Shown here piece after piece: positions 53,201 to 64,000 of a stretch of DNA of 64,000 nt. The translations under genes and the position numbers were made by a program. The notes under the pieces were generated by a model. The model was given only the letters and a program-made list of their open reading frames with translations, had not been told where the DNA came from and ran no database searches. Position 1 is the stretch's first letter. Every line of letters begins with the position of its first letter. Source of the DNA: Mobula hypostoma (lineage: Eukaryota); contig NC_086118.1 of the NCBI RefSeq assembly GCF_963921235.1, positions 12,588,001 to 12,652,000 of the forward strand, read 5' to 3'.

Positions 53201-54559
53201 ACGAGAATATGAAGACACTGACCTCTCTGCTATTTAAATAATCACAGCTGCTCACACATCCTGATCCGATTCTGTTACATCCTGCTAAATATCACGCATA
53301 ATTTCAATATCATTCCAATTTTTAAAACTTGAAAACCTGTTAGCCTTTGAGGACAACTATTCAACCCATAAAACTTGATTAACTGATCATCTACTATTTT
53401 ACACAGCGGCTTTCTCATGGAGATGAACTAATGGAAATTCATCACCGTTTTGTAATGCTAAATTCTGATTAGCCTCTTGATCACTAATGGGAACACCAAC
53501 CAATTGGCAGCATGGGCCGCACGATTGTGTAGCAGCTAGCATGACGCTTTACAGCACTATCGGTCAAGGTTCAACCCTGCCACTGTCAGTAAGGAGCTTA
53601 TATATTCTCCCCATGACCGGGCGGGATTTTTCTGGGTGCTCTGGTCTCCTCGCACGGGAGTTAGTAAGTAGTGGGCATGCTGTACTGGTGTCAGAAGTAT
53701 GGCAGTATTTGTGGGCTTCCCCCAGCACATCCTTGGACTGTGCTGGTTGTGATGCAAATGATGCATTTCACTGTAGGTTTCAATTTATATTTGACAAATA
53801 AAAATTAATCTAATCAATCAGTGCTAGTCAACGAGGTGAGGTGTCCTTTGAACTAGGAAACTTGCCTCCAGTGCCAAAGGCAACATCAACAAATTGTATT
53901 GCCAGAGTACCTTTAACATAATAAAATGACTCAAGGTGTCTCACAGGAGACAAATTTCAGAAAAAAAACAATTCACAGAATGGCTGTGGGATGGTGGGAG
54001 GCTTCAGTTCATTGAGTTAGCACCAACCCTTCCTGTGGTCCAAATTCTTTTTTTCATTTTTCCTCATGTTTTGATTCTTTTGCCAATAAGTGTCACTCTA
54101 TGTCCCTTCAGTCTTAATCCCACTTCCAATGGGAGCTGCTTATCCCTATTCACCCCATATACATCCTTTGTAAGCTCTCCTCACAAATCCTTCATTTAAC
54201 GAGAAAAATCCCAGGTTTTTCAGTCAATTCACATAACAGAAGTTCAAAGTTTGAAGTAAATTTATTGTGATACTCTGGGGATGGTGTGGGGGGGTGCGTG
54301 GTCAAAAGCCTGTCCTGCATTTCTAATGAGCAGTACTGTTTACTGTTCGTGTTAAATTGCTTTTGTGGAATTATGGTGAGAAGTTCCAGTTCATTTATTG
54401 TTACATTTTAACTTGGATTATACAATTTGTGTGATGGTCACTGGCTGGGTTCACTCTCCGGGTCATGGTGCCTGGTCTGTTTTGTGTCTATCACAATAAA
54501 ATGGTGGTTGAGTTAACGAGCTTCCTCGTCTGTCATTATGGACCAAACGCTCACCAAAT

Positions 54560-54577
54560 TGGTGTCAGGAGTGGGAT
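54560..54577 (+). promoter_or_regulatory. Primer-binding site, tRNA-Leu type
   Basis: tggtgtcaggagtgggat just after the 5' LTR; complementary to the 3' 18 nt of vertebrate tRNA-Leu(CAG) as recalled. Confidence 0.85.
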
Positions 54578-55024
54578 GTGAGATTCATGACGAGATTGAA
54601 GAACTACAACGTCAGATAGAGTGCCTTAAGATCCGGGGAACAAGACGAGGACCGAGCAGTGTGTCTCCCCTGTACCCACGGGCAGGGCTCATGAAGACGA
54701 GACCCGGAGGGAGGACCTGGGAAACGAGCATCATGCCTTCCCAGGGAACCCCGACGGAGCGAGCGTATCGAGGCCCCAGGGACAGAGCAGAACGCGTCAT
54801 TCACCTCCACCGTGGCCCACACTGGAGAACCCAAGAATCTGTAGCCATGGGAGGATGGGCACCATGGCAGACCCTGCAGGAGCAACAGGAAGATGAAAAG
54901 GTCGCCTCGATTTATGCCTCATGGTCGGGAGGCGGGAGGAGAAGATGGCAGTGCGACGCAGCTCGCAGCGGCCACTCCGGTGGTGATGTCTGTTATTTGT
55001 CAAGTAGGGTGCCGTGCCAATCCT

Positions 55025-55609
55025 GATTTGATGGAGGCAGACGTGAGAGCACAGAGGAACATCTGATGAAACTTCTGAAATGCCTGTTTTGTTGCTGCTG
55101 CTACTGTGTGATCCAGAATCTCCGGAGGAGAAGACCCCGAGTCCTTGGCTTTGCTTGTTGCTCCGCAGCCGAGGTGGGAGGTCGAAGCGCTCGGCAGAGG
55201 ATGGTGCTCAGAGAGGCTGTGTTGGAGAGGCTGGTCGGAGGTTCGAAGTTCTCAGACGGACTCAGAGTCTGCTGCGGTCGGATGCTTCCAATGGAGCTGC
55301 ATCGGCAAGTTGGCGGCGCTTGGAGGTTCACGGCAGAGACAATTTCTCCCTTCTGCTGCCTGCGTGAGATGATGAGTCTATCGGGACTTTGAGACTTTTT
55401 TTTACCATGCCCGTGGTCTGCTCATCATCAAATTATGGTATTGCTTTGCACTGTTGTAACTACATGTTATAATTATGTGGTTTTGTCAGTTTTAGTCTTG
55501 GTTTGTCCTGTGTTTTCTTGTGATATCATACTGGAGGAACATTGTATCATTTTTTAATGCATGCATTTCTAAATGACAATAAATGAGGACTGAGTGTCCT
55601 CATAATCTG
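55025..55609 (+). mobile_element. Non-coding SINE-like retroposon inserted in Gypsy gag
   Basis: Composition break; 3' end aataaatgaggac-tgagt-gtcctcat stem-loop followed by aatct. Confidence 0.6.
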
Positions 55610-58403
55610 AAAAAAAGGTCTACCCTGAAGCTCCCCAGATACAACGGTACCAGCCACCTGGAGCCGTACCTGTCGAAGGTCAAACTTACCGTGGGGCACA
55701 ACGGATGGAGCCACCGAGACGGTGGTACACCTTGCCCTGGCACTGGTGGCAGGTGCCCTGTTGGCCCTGGGCACTCATATGGCACTGGAGCGGCGTTTCG
55801 AGCAGAGGCCATGGGCGGAAGCAATGAGGGAAGAGCTGTGTAGCGGACGGCACTGTATGGTAGAAAGTCTGGGGGCATTGGCAGATGATCTCCGTCGCTG
55901 TGCTCAGCATGGCTAACCCCAGTTCCCTGTCGCGGCCCAAGAAGAGGTTGCCCTCCATGCCTTTTTAAAGGCACTGACGCCTCAGTGCCTTCAGCAGCAT
56001 GTTCGCCTGAAGTCAGCATTGTCGCTAGACAAGGTGGAGAGGACAGAAGCAATTTTAGCCTCCCAAGGATCACCACATGCAGCGAGCTCAGGCCTGTGTC
56101 ACCGAGGCAGAGGAGGAAACTGATGAGGAGGAGCCCATGAGACAGGTCCGACCAGTGCCGCACCGACCCCGCTGGCGGCCAGGAAACGATCTCCGCTACC
56201 AGTGCGGTGAAGCTGGTCATTTGGCCTGGGACTGCCCTGCACCAGCACCACGCCAGAGCTCAGAGCAGCCATTGGGCAGTGCCGCCCGCGTCCTCCAGCA
56301 GAATCCCTCCATTGTCACCCCTCCGGGTGGACTGTTTGTCTGAAGAGCAAGGCTTATACGCGGACTGCATGCTGGAGGGCATCAGATGCCGGGCGTTGGT
56401 GGACATGGGGTCAACCATCACTATCATCCATCCCGGTGTTCTCCCCAACACGGATCAGCCATCCCCACCTGGGTGGACAGCGACGGCTGTCCTGCTGGCT
56501 ACAGTCACCGATGACTGTGTGGCAAAGTGAGGGAAGAGGAGGCTGCACATCGCTGTGGAGCACGAGGTGTGGCTCGCCAGCATCCAAGGGTCCTACATCA
56601 TTGGCCTGGACCCCCTGCCCCGCTGGGTGGTGGGGGGGGAGCGCATGTGTATGTGTCAGGGGCAACACTCTACCTCGGTGCTGACGCCATAGCCCTCCGG
56701 CAGGGCAGCTCCGAAAAGTAGTCTCAGCGGGAGCAGCAAACACCACCGGTTTCACAGCGGCCCACGGTGGTGTAACACACCCGGCAGGGGCCCAGCGCAA
56801 CACAGCTGAACCAGGAGCAAGCGACGGTGACGGCCCTTCAGGTGACAGCCCGCGACGATCTCACCCACCCACGGACTAGCAGCTGCACAGCGAACAGGTG
56901 AGCGATCCCGTGTTGACCCAGGTGAGGGAATGGCTGAGTGTGGGAGACGGCCGGACTGGGCCGAGGTCTCCGGCCTGGACCCAGAGACCAAAGCCCTATA
57001 CTTGCTGTGAGGAACGATGGAGGTGCGCGATAGGTAGCTGCTCAGGCGGTGGCAGTTGTCTGACGGTGACAGACACCTTTTGCAACTGGTGGTCCCCCGG
57101 GGGCTCCGCGCCACGATACTGAGGTCATGCACAGGCTGGAGGGGGCCGGCCATTCCGGAGTTGCAAAGACATTGTTTAGGCTGTGTGAACGCTTCTACTG
57201 GCCTGGGTACAGGCAGGACGAAGAGCTGTTCATACACTGCTGTGAAGCTTGCACTTCCCAGAAGGGGCTGGGCCGCCAGTCTAGGATACCAATGCAGCAG
57301 TACATGGTGGGGGCCCCAGTATGGGTCTACTGCCCCTCCCGGAAGAAGAGACTATTCCCCAGGCCTGAAAGCCACTGGAAGGGGCCGGGAGAGGTGCTCG
57401 ACTGCATATCCAATGTGGTATATCGGGTGTGGTTGCCTGAGCGGCGGAAGGCAGACGTGCTGCACCGGGACCGGTTGGCACCGTGCCACCACGGCCACCA
57501 CTAACCCAGCGAGGCTGAAGGAAGGAAGTGACACTCCGGGTGCCCTGCCTCTTGCCTCATACAAACAGGCAGCAGTGTCGATGCCCACCAGGACTTCTGG
57601 ACTTTTCTGTGGACTCTGGGGTTTCCAGGGACGGCTGACCCCTTGGGAAGGGATGGTGTGATGCTGTTGGGGGACGTGGTCGATAGCCCACCCCTGCATT
57701 TCTAATGACCAGTACTGTTTATTGTTCTTATGTTAAAATGCTTTTGTGGGATTATGGTGGGAAGTTCCAGTTCATTTATCATTACATTTTAGCTTGGATT
57801 ATACAGTTATTTGCTTGTGTATTTGTGGATCACCCAAACTGTAACCGGGGTGTGTGATGGTCACCTCCCCGTCGGTGTGAGACTGGTTGGGTTTGCTCTC
57901 CGGGTCGTGGTGCCACGTCTGTATTGAGTTTATCACAATAAAACGATTGTTGTGTTGATGACCTTCCTCATCTGTCATTTAGGACCAAATGCTCACCACA
58001 TTATTATTAAAGTACATACATGGCACCATTTATAACTCTGGGAATAACCTTCTTGCAGGAATACTCAATAAATCCAACAACTATAATAGAATCCCACCGC
58101 TGTCTGGAAAGAGCTTGTACGTTTTCCTCGTGACCAGATGGGTTTCCTTTGGGTGCTCTGGTTTCCTCCCATAGACTAAAGACTTACCAGTTGGTAGGTT
58201 AATTGGTCATTGTAAACTGTCCCAAGATTAGGCAAGGGTTAAATCAGGGGTTGCCGGGTGGTGTGGCGAGAAGGGCCAGAAGGGCCTATTCCACACGGTA
58301 TCTCAATAAATCAAAGAAGCAATGACAGGCCACAGCAACAAACGGACAATCAGTGTGCAAAAGACAACAAACTATGCAAATGTAAAAAGAAATAATAATA
58401 ATA

Positions 58404-59235
58404 CTAGTTGTAGATATTACCAGTGGGACAATATTTACTCTGTTCATGTTCCATACTCTTACAATTTCCTCTTTGAATTCAGTATATTTCTGGTGTTTTC
58501 ACTGATTGACTTCTGTATGTTATTTATGTTTGGAATGGCTACATCTATTAGGTTGTTCTTGCGTGGTTATCCAGTATTAACTTATCAGGACAGTTATTAT
58601 AACCAATCCGTCGTAATATGATTTGTGGCACTCTGACTCTAAAACTGGAGAAGACTTGTATTTGTAGAAAGGTATGATTTATTTTATGAGCTTGTATTTT
58701 ATAGCAAGATTTTGGTGAATAATGTTTGCCACTTGATTGTGCTTGTGTAAGTAATCAGACTGAGTAAGCTTGCTGCAGGACCCTCTAATATGTTGGATTG
58801 CTTGTGGCTTTTCTTGCCACTTTCTGTAATTATCACCTTGACATTGTTGGTTTTTATTATGTATTATTGATAAAGTTTTTGTGTTATTCATTTGGTCCTG
58901 TACTGCCACAAGGAACCTTTTTGTTTCTGTGAGGGGTTCTCAAACTCTGAGTCAGGCGTTTGACGCTTCCTTGCTGACATCTGCAGTGGTTGGATCATGG
59001 GTATGTCTTCCATGGAAGGTCACGCTCTTCCATTGGTTAACTTTTTCTTCTGCAGTGATAAATTTTTCATTTTTCTATGTTGTGTTTCTTATCAGAATTG
59101 CAAATGCTCAGGTGGAGTACTGAATCCAGCGTTCATTGATGAAAATATATCCTCAGAAGTTTTATTGGACTGCTGTATAATTTTTTAATGTTTGTAATTC
59201 CCCTTACTCCTTCTGTCCTAGATAGTACTATTATT
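58404..59235 (-). mobile_element. Dong/R4-clade non-LTR fragment (zinc knuckle and restriction-like endonuclease)
   Basis: AIQHIRGSCSKLTQSDYLHKHNQVANIIHQNLA; IDVAIPN; adjacent (AAT)n. Confidence 0.75.
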
Positions 59236-60277
59236 ATTTCTTTTTGTATTTGCATATTTTTTTGTCTTAATTAACCTACCAACTGGTATGACTTTGGTCG
59301 ATGGGAGATACTTAATGAATACTTTGTTTCAGTATTCACTACGGAAAAGTATCTTGATTATTGTAGTGATGACTTGCAGTGGACTGGAAAGCTTGAGCAT
59401 GTAGATATTAAGGAAGAGGATGTGCTGGAGCTTTTGGAAAGCATCAAGTTGGATAAGTCACCGGGACTGGACGGAACGTACCCCAGGCTACTGTGAGAGG
59501 CAAGGGAAGAGATTACTGAGCCTCTGGGGTGATGATCTTTGCATCATCAATGGGGACAGGAGAGGTTCTGAAGGATTGGAGGGTTGCGGATTTTGTTCAC
59601 TTATTCAAGAAAGGAAGTAGACATAGCCCAGGAAATTATAGACCAGTGAGTCTTACTTCAGTGGTTGGTAAGTCGATGGAGAAGATCTTGAGAGGCAGGA
59701 TTTATGAACATTTGGAGAGGCATAATATGATTAGAAATAGTCAGCATGGCAATTTGCTGATGACAGAAAGGTTGGGGGTGTTGTCGATAGTGTGGAGGGC
59801 TGTCAGAGGTTACAGTGGGACATTGATAGGATGCAAAACTGGGCTGAGAAGTGGCAGATGGAGTTCAACCCCGATAAGAGTGAGGTGGTTCATTTTGGTA
59901 GGTCAAGTATGATGGCTGAATATAGCATTAATAGTAAGACTCTTGGCAGTGTGGAGGATCAGAGGGATCTTGGGGTCCAAGTCAATAGGGCACTCAAAGC
60001 TGCCGCCAGTTTGACTGTGTGTTTAAGAAGGCATTTGGTGCATTGGCCTTCAACAACCGTGGGATTGACTTTAAGAGCCAAGAGGTAATGTTGCAGCTGT
60101 ATAGAACCCTGGTCAGACCACACTTGGAGTACTGTGCTCAGTTCTGGTTGCCTCACTACAGGAAGGATGTGGAAACCATAGAAAGGGTGCAGAGGAGATT
60201 TACAAGGATATCAACCAACATACATCAAAGTTGCTGGTGAACGCAGCAGGCCAGGCAGCATCTCTAGGAAGAGGTAC

Positions 60278-60313
60278 AGTCGACGTTTCAGGCCGAGACT
60301 CTTCGTCAGGACT
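60278..60313 (-). ncRNA. Minimal type I hammerhead ribozyme motif in the inverted pLTR
   Basis: Minus strand agtc-CTGACGA-a-gagtctcggcct-GAAA-cg-TC-gact. Confidence 0.7.
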
Positions 60314-61433
60314 AACTGAAGGAAGAGTGAGTAAGGGATTTGAAAGCTGGAGGGGGAGGGGGAGATGCAAAATGATAGGAGAAGACAGGAGGGGGAGGGA
60401 TGGAGCCGAGAGCTGGACAGGTGATAGGCAGAAGGGGGTACGAGAGGATCATGGGACAGGAGGTCCGGGAAGAAAGACGGGGGGGGGGTGACCCAGAGGA
60501 TGGGCAAGCGGTATATTCAGAGGGACAGAGGGAAAAAAAGGAGAGTGAGAGAAAGAATGTGTGCATTAAAAAGAGTAACAGATGGGGTACGAGGGGGAGG
60601 TGGGGCCTAGCGGAAGTTAGAGAAGTCAATGTTCATGCCATCAGGTTGGAGGCTACCCATACGGAATATAAGGTGTTGTTCCTCCAATCTGAGTGTGGCT
60701 TCATCTTTACAGTAGAGGAGGCCGTGGATAGACATGTCAGAATGGGAATGGGATGTGGAATTAAAATGTGTGGCCACTGGGAGATCCTGCTTTCTCTGGC
60801 GGACAGAGCGTAGATGTTCAGCAAAGCGGTCTCCCAGTCTGCGTCGGGTCTCACCAATATATAAAAGGCCACATCGGGAGCACCGGACGCAGTATATCAC
60901 CCCAGTCGACTCACAGGTGAAGTGATGCCTCACCTGGAAGGACTGTTTGGGGCCCTGAATGGTGGTAAGGGAGGAAGTGTAAGGGCATGTGTAGCACTTG
61001 TTCCGCTTACACGGATAAGTGCCAGGAGGGAGATCAGTGGGGAGGGATGGGGGGGACGAATGGACAAGGGAGTTGTGTAGGGAGCGATCCCTGCGGAATG
61101 CAGAGAGAGGGGGGGAGGGAAAGATATGCTTAGTGGTGGGATCCCGTTGGAGGTGGCGGAAGTTACGGAGAATAATATGTTGGACCCGGAGGCTGGTATT
61201 CCTAGTGGGGTGGTGGGAGGATGGAGTGAGAGCAGATGTACGTGAAATGGGGGAGATGCGTTTAAGAGCAGAGTTGATAGTGGAGGAAGGGAAGCCCCTT
61301 TCTTTAAAAAATGAAGACATCTCCCTCATCCTAGAATGAAAAGCCTCATCCTGAGAGCAGATGCGGCAGAGACGGAGGAATTGCGAGAAGGGGATGGCGT
61401 TTTTGCAAGAGACAGGGTGAGAAGAGGAATAAT

Positions 61434-63304
61434 CCCCATTCCAACCTCACTCCTTCGGAACGCTCTGCTCTCCACTCCCTCCGCACTAATCCTAACATTA
61501 TTATTAAACCCGCCGATAAGGGGGGTGCTGTTGTAGTCTGGCGTACTGACCTCTACCTTGCCGAGGCACAGCGACAACTCGCGGATACCTCCTCTTATTT
61601 ACCCCTCGATCGTGACCCCACTAAGGAGCACCAGGCCATTGTCTCCCACACTATCAACGACTTTATCCGCTCAGGGGATCTCCCATCCACTGCTACCAAC
61701 CTTATAGTTCCCACACCCCGCACTTCCCGTTTCTACCTCCTACCCAAGATCCACAAACCTGCCTGTCCTGGCCGACCTATTGTCTCAGCTTGCTCCTGCC
61801 CCACCGAACTCGTTTCTGCATACCTCGACACTGTTTTATCACCCCTTGTTCAATCCCTTCTGACCTATGTTCGTGACACTTCTCACGCTCTTAAACTTTT
61901 CGATGATTTTAAGTTCCCTGGCCCCCACCGCTTTATTTTCACCTTGGATGTCCAGTCCCTATATACTTCCATCCCCCATCAGGAAGGTCTCAAAGCTCTA
62001 CGCTTCTTTTTGGATTCCAGACCTAATCAGTTCCCCTCTACCACCACTCTGCTCCGTCTAGCAGAATTAGTCCTTACTCTTAATAATTTCTCCTTTTGCT
62101 CCTCCCATTTCCTCCAAACTAAAGGTGTAGCTATGGGCACCCGTATGGGTCCTAGCTATGCCTGCCTTTTTGTTGGGTTTGGGAACAATCTATGTTCCGT
62201 GCCTATTCTGGTATCTGTCCCCCACTTTTCCTTCGCTACATCGACGACTGCATTGGCGCTGCTTCCTGCACGCATGCAGAACTCGTTGACTTTATTAACT
62301 TTGCCTCCAACTTTCACCCTGCCCTCAAGTTTACCTGGTCCATTTCTGACACCTCCCTCCCCTTTCTAGATCTTTCTGTCTCTGTCTCTGGAGACAGCTT
62401 ATCCACTGATGTCTACTATAAGCCTACTGACTCTCACAACTATCTGGACTATTCCTCTTCTCACCCTGTCTCTTGCAAAAACGCCATCCCCTTCTCGCAA
62501 TTCCTCCGTCTCCGCCGCATCTGCTCTCAGGATGAGGCTTTTCATTCTAGGACGAGGGAGATGTCTTCAATTTTTAAAGAAAGGGGCTTCCCTTCCTCCA
62601 CTATCAACTCTGCTCTTAAACGCATCTCCCCCATTTCACGTACATCTGCTCTCACTCCATCCTCCCACCACCCCACTAGGAATAGGGTTCCCCTGGTCCT
62701 CACCTACCACCCCACCAGCCTCCGGGTCCAACATATTATTCTCCGTAACTTCCGCCACCTCCAACGGGATCCCACCACTAAGCATATCTTTCCCTCCCCC
62801 CCTCTCTCTGCATTCCGCAGGGATCGCTCCCTACACAACTCCCTTGTCCATTCGTCCCCCCCATCCCTCCCCACTGATCTCCCTCCTGGCACTTATCCGT
62901 GTAAGCGGAACAAGTGCTACACATGCCCTTACACTTCCTCCCTTACCACCATTCAGGGCCCCAAACAGTCCTTCCAGGTGAGGCATCACTTCACCTGTGA
63001 GTCGACTGGGGTGATATACTGCGTCCGGTGCTCCCGATATGGCCTTTTATATATTGGTGAGACCCGACGCAGACTGGGAGACCGCTTTGCTGAACATCTA
63101 CGCTCTGTCCGCCAGAGAAAGCAGGATCTCCCAGTGGCCACACATTTTAATTCCACATCCCATTCCCATTCTGACATGTCTATCCACGGCCTCCTCTACT
63201 GTAAAGATGAAGCCACACTCAGATTGGAGGAACAACACCTTATATTCCGTATGGGTAGCCTCCAACCTGATGGCATGAACATTGACTTCTCTAACTTCCG
63301 CTAG
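61434..63304 (+). pseudogene. Penelope RT and GIY-YIG endonuclease, 5'-truncated, one 1-bp deletion at about 62181
   Basis: KPADKGG, LPKIHK, GRPIVS, DVQSLYTSIP, GVAMG, RYIDD, PFLD, VIYCVRC...LYIGET, RFAEH. Confidence 0.95.
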
Positions 63305-63597
63305 GCCCCACCTCCCCCTCGTACCCCATCTGTTACTCTTTTTAATGCACACATTCTTTCTCTCACTCTCCTTTTTCTCCCTCTGTCCCTCTGAATATAC
63401 CTCTTGCCCATCCTCTGGGTCACCCCCCCCCCGTCTTTCTTCCCGGACCTCCTGTCCCATGATCCTCTCGTACCCCCTTCTGCCTATCACCTGTCCAGCT
63501 CTCGGCTCCATCCCTCCCCCTCCTGTCTTCTCCTATCATTTTGCATCTCCCCCTCCCCCTCCAGCTTTCAAATCCCTTACTCACTCTTCCTTCAGTT

Positions 63598-63633
63598 AGT
63601 CCTGACGAAGGGTCTCGGCCTGAAACGTCGACT
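63598..63633 (+). ncRNA. Minimal type I hammerhead ribozyme motif in the pLTR
   Basis: Stem I agtc/gact, core CTGACGA, stem II gggt-ctcg-gcct, GAAA, palindromic ACGT in place of stem III, GTC cleavage triplet. Confidence 0.78.
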
Positions 63634-64000
63634 GTACCTCTTCCTAGAGATGCTGCCTGGCCTGCTGCGTTCACCAGCAACTTTGATGTATGTTGCTTGA
63701 ATTTCCAGCATCTGCAGAATTCCTGTTGTTTACAAGGATATCGCCTGGATTGGGTAGCATGCCTTATGAGGATAGGTTGAGTGAACTCGGTTTTTTCTTC
63801 TTGGAGCGACGGAGGATGAGAGGTGACCTGATAGAGGTGTACAAGATAATGATAGGCATTGATCATGTGGATAGTCAGAGGCTTTTTCCCAGGGCTGAAA
63901 TGACTCACACGAGAGGGCACAGTTTTAAGGTTCTTGGAAGTAGGTACAGAGGAGGTATCAGGGGGAAGTTTTTTACGCAGAGAATGTTGAATGCGTGGAA

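Larger units (their letters stand above)
54266..58000 (+). mobile_element. Two-LTR Gypsy element lacking RT/RNase H and the integrase core
   Basis: LTRs 54266-54557 and 57657-58000; TSD ttat; gag KLPRYNG and QCGEAGHLAWDC; protease ALVDMGST; integrase HHCC (H...GH...CEAC) and HWKGP; PPT gggaagggatgg. Confidence 0.92.
60213..63728 (+). mobile_element. Young Penelope-like element with 1.2-kb inverted 5' arm
   Basis: 14-bp TSD tttacaaggatatc (60199-60212, 63729-63742); arm 60216-61431 mirrors 62450-63695 except a 30-bp deletion; 33-nt tail 63696-63728. Confidence 0.97.
59300..64000 (+). mobile_element. Deleted CR1 LINE interrupted by Penelope, running off the window end
   Basis: PGNYRPVSLTSVVGK, LVRPHLEYCAQFW, ERVQRRFTRI; CR1 resumes after 63742. 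Confidence 0.9.

Noticed and set aside
60199..60212. GATA target consensus for Penelope insertions
   Set aside because: GATA is at positions 9-12 in two TSDs but absent from the third; too few sites.

Overview
Eukaryotic, repeat-dominated vertebrate DNA. The repeat set (CR1 LINEs, V-SINE/HE1-type SINEs, Penelope elements, Rex1/Babar, L1, Tx1, Dong/R4) suggests a cartilaginous fish, probably a ray; this is inference, not a database result. No host exon could be supported, and every recognisable ORF is transposon-derived. Main contents: several CR1 copies, two of them young with open RT frames; a near full-length L1 with a 16-bp TSD nested in a Tc1 element; two Gypsy remnants; three TSD-bounded solo LTRs, one swollen by minisatellites; Tigger/MER2-like, mariner and hAT non-autonomous elements; and a young Penelope (RT + GIY-YIG) with a 1.2-kb inverted arm. 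The most striking signal is a size series of one Penelope family (116 bp, about 224 bp and 3.5 kb). All three are fold-back inserts whose inverted arm starts at nearly the same base, leaving an unpaired 33-38 nt tail, and all have a 14-bp TSD (one decayed). The two larger ones carry minimal hammerhead ribozyme motifs on both strands. Coordinates of decayed repeats are approximate.
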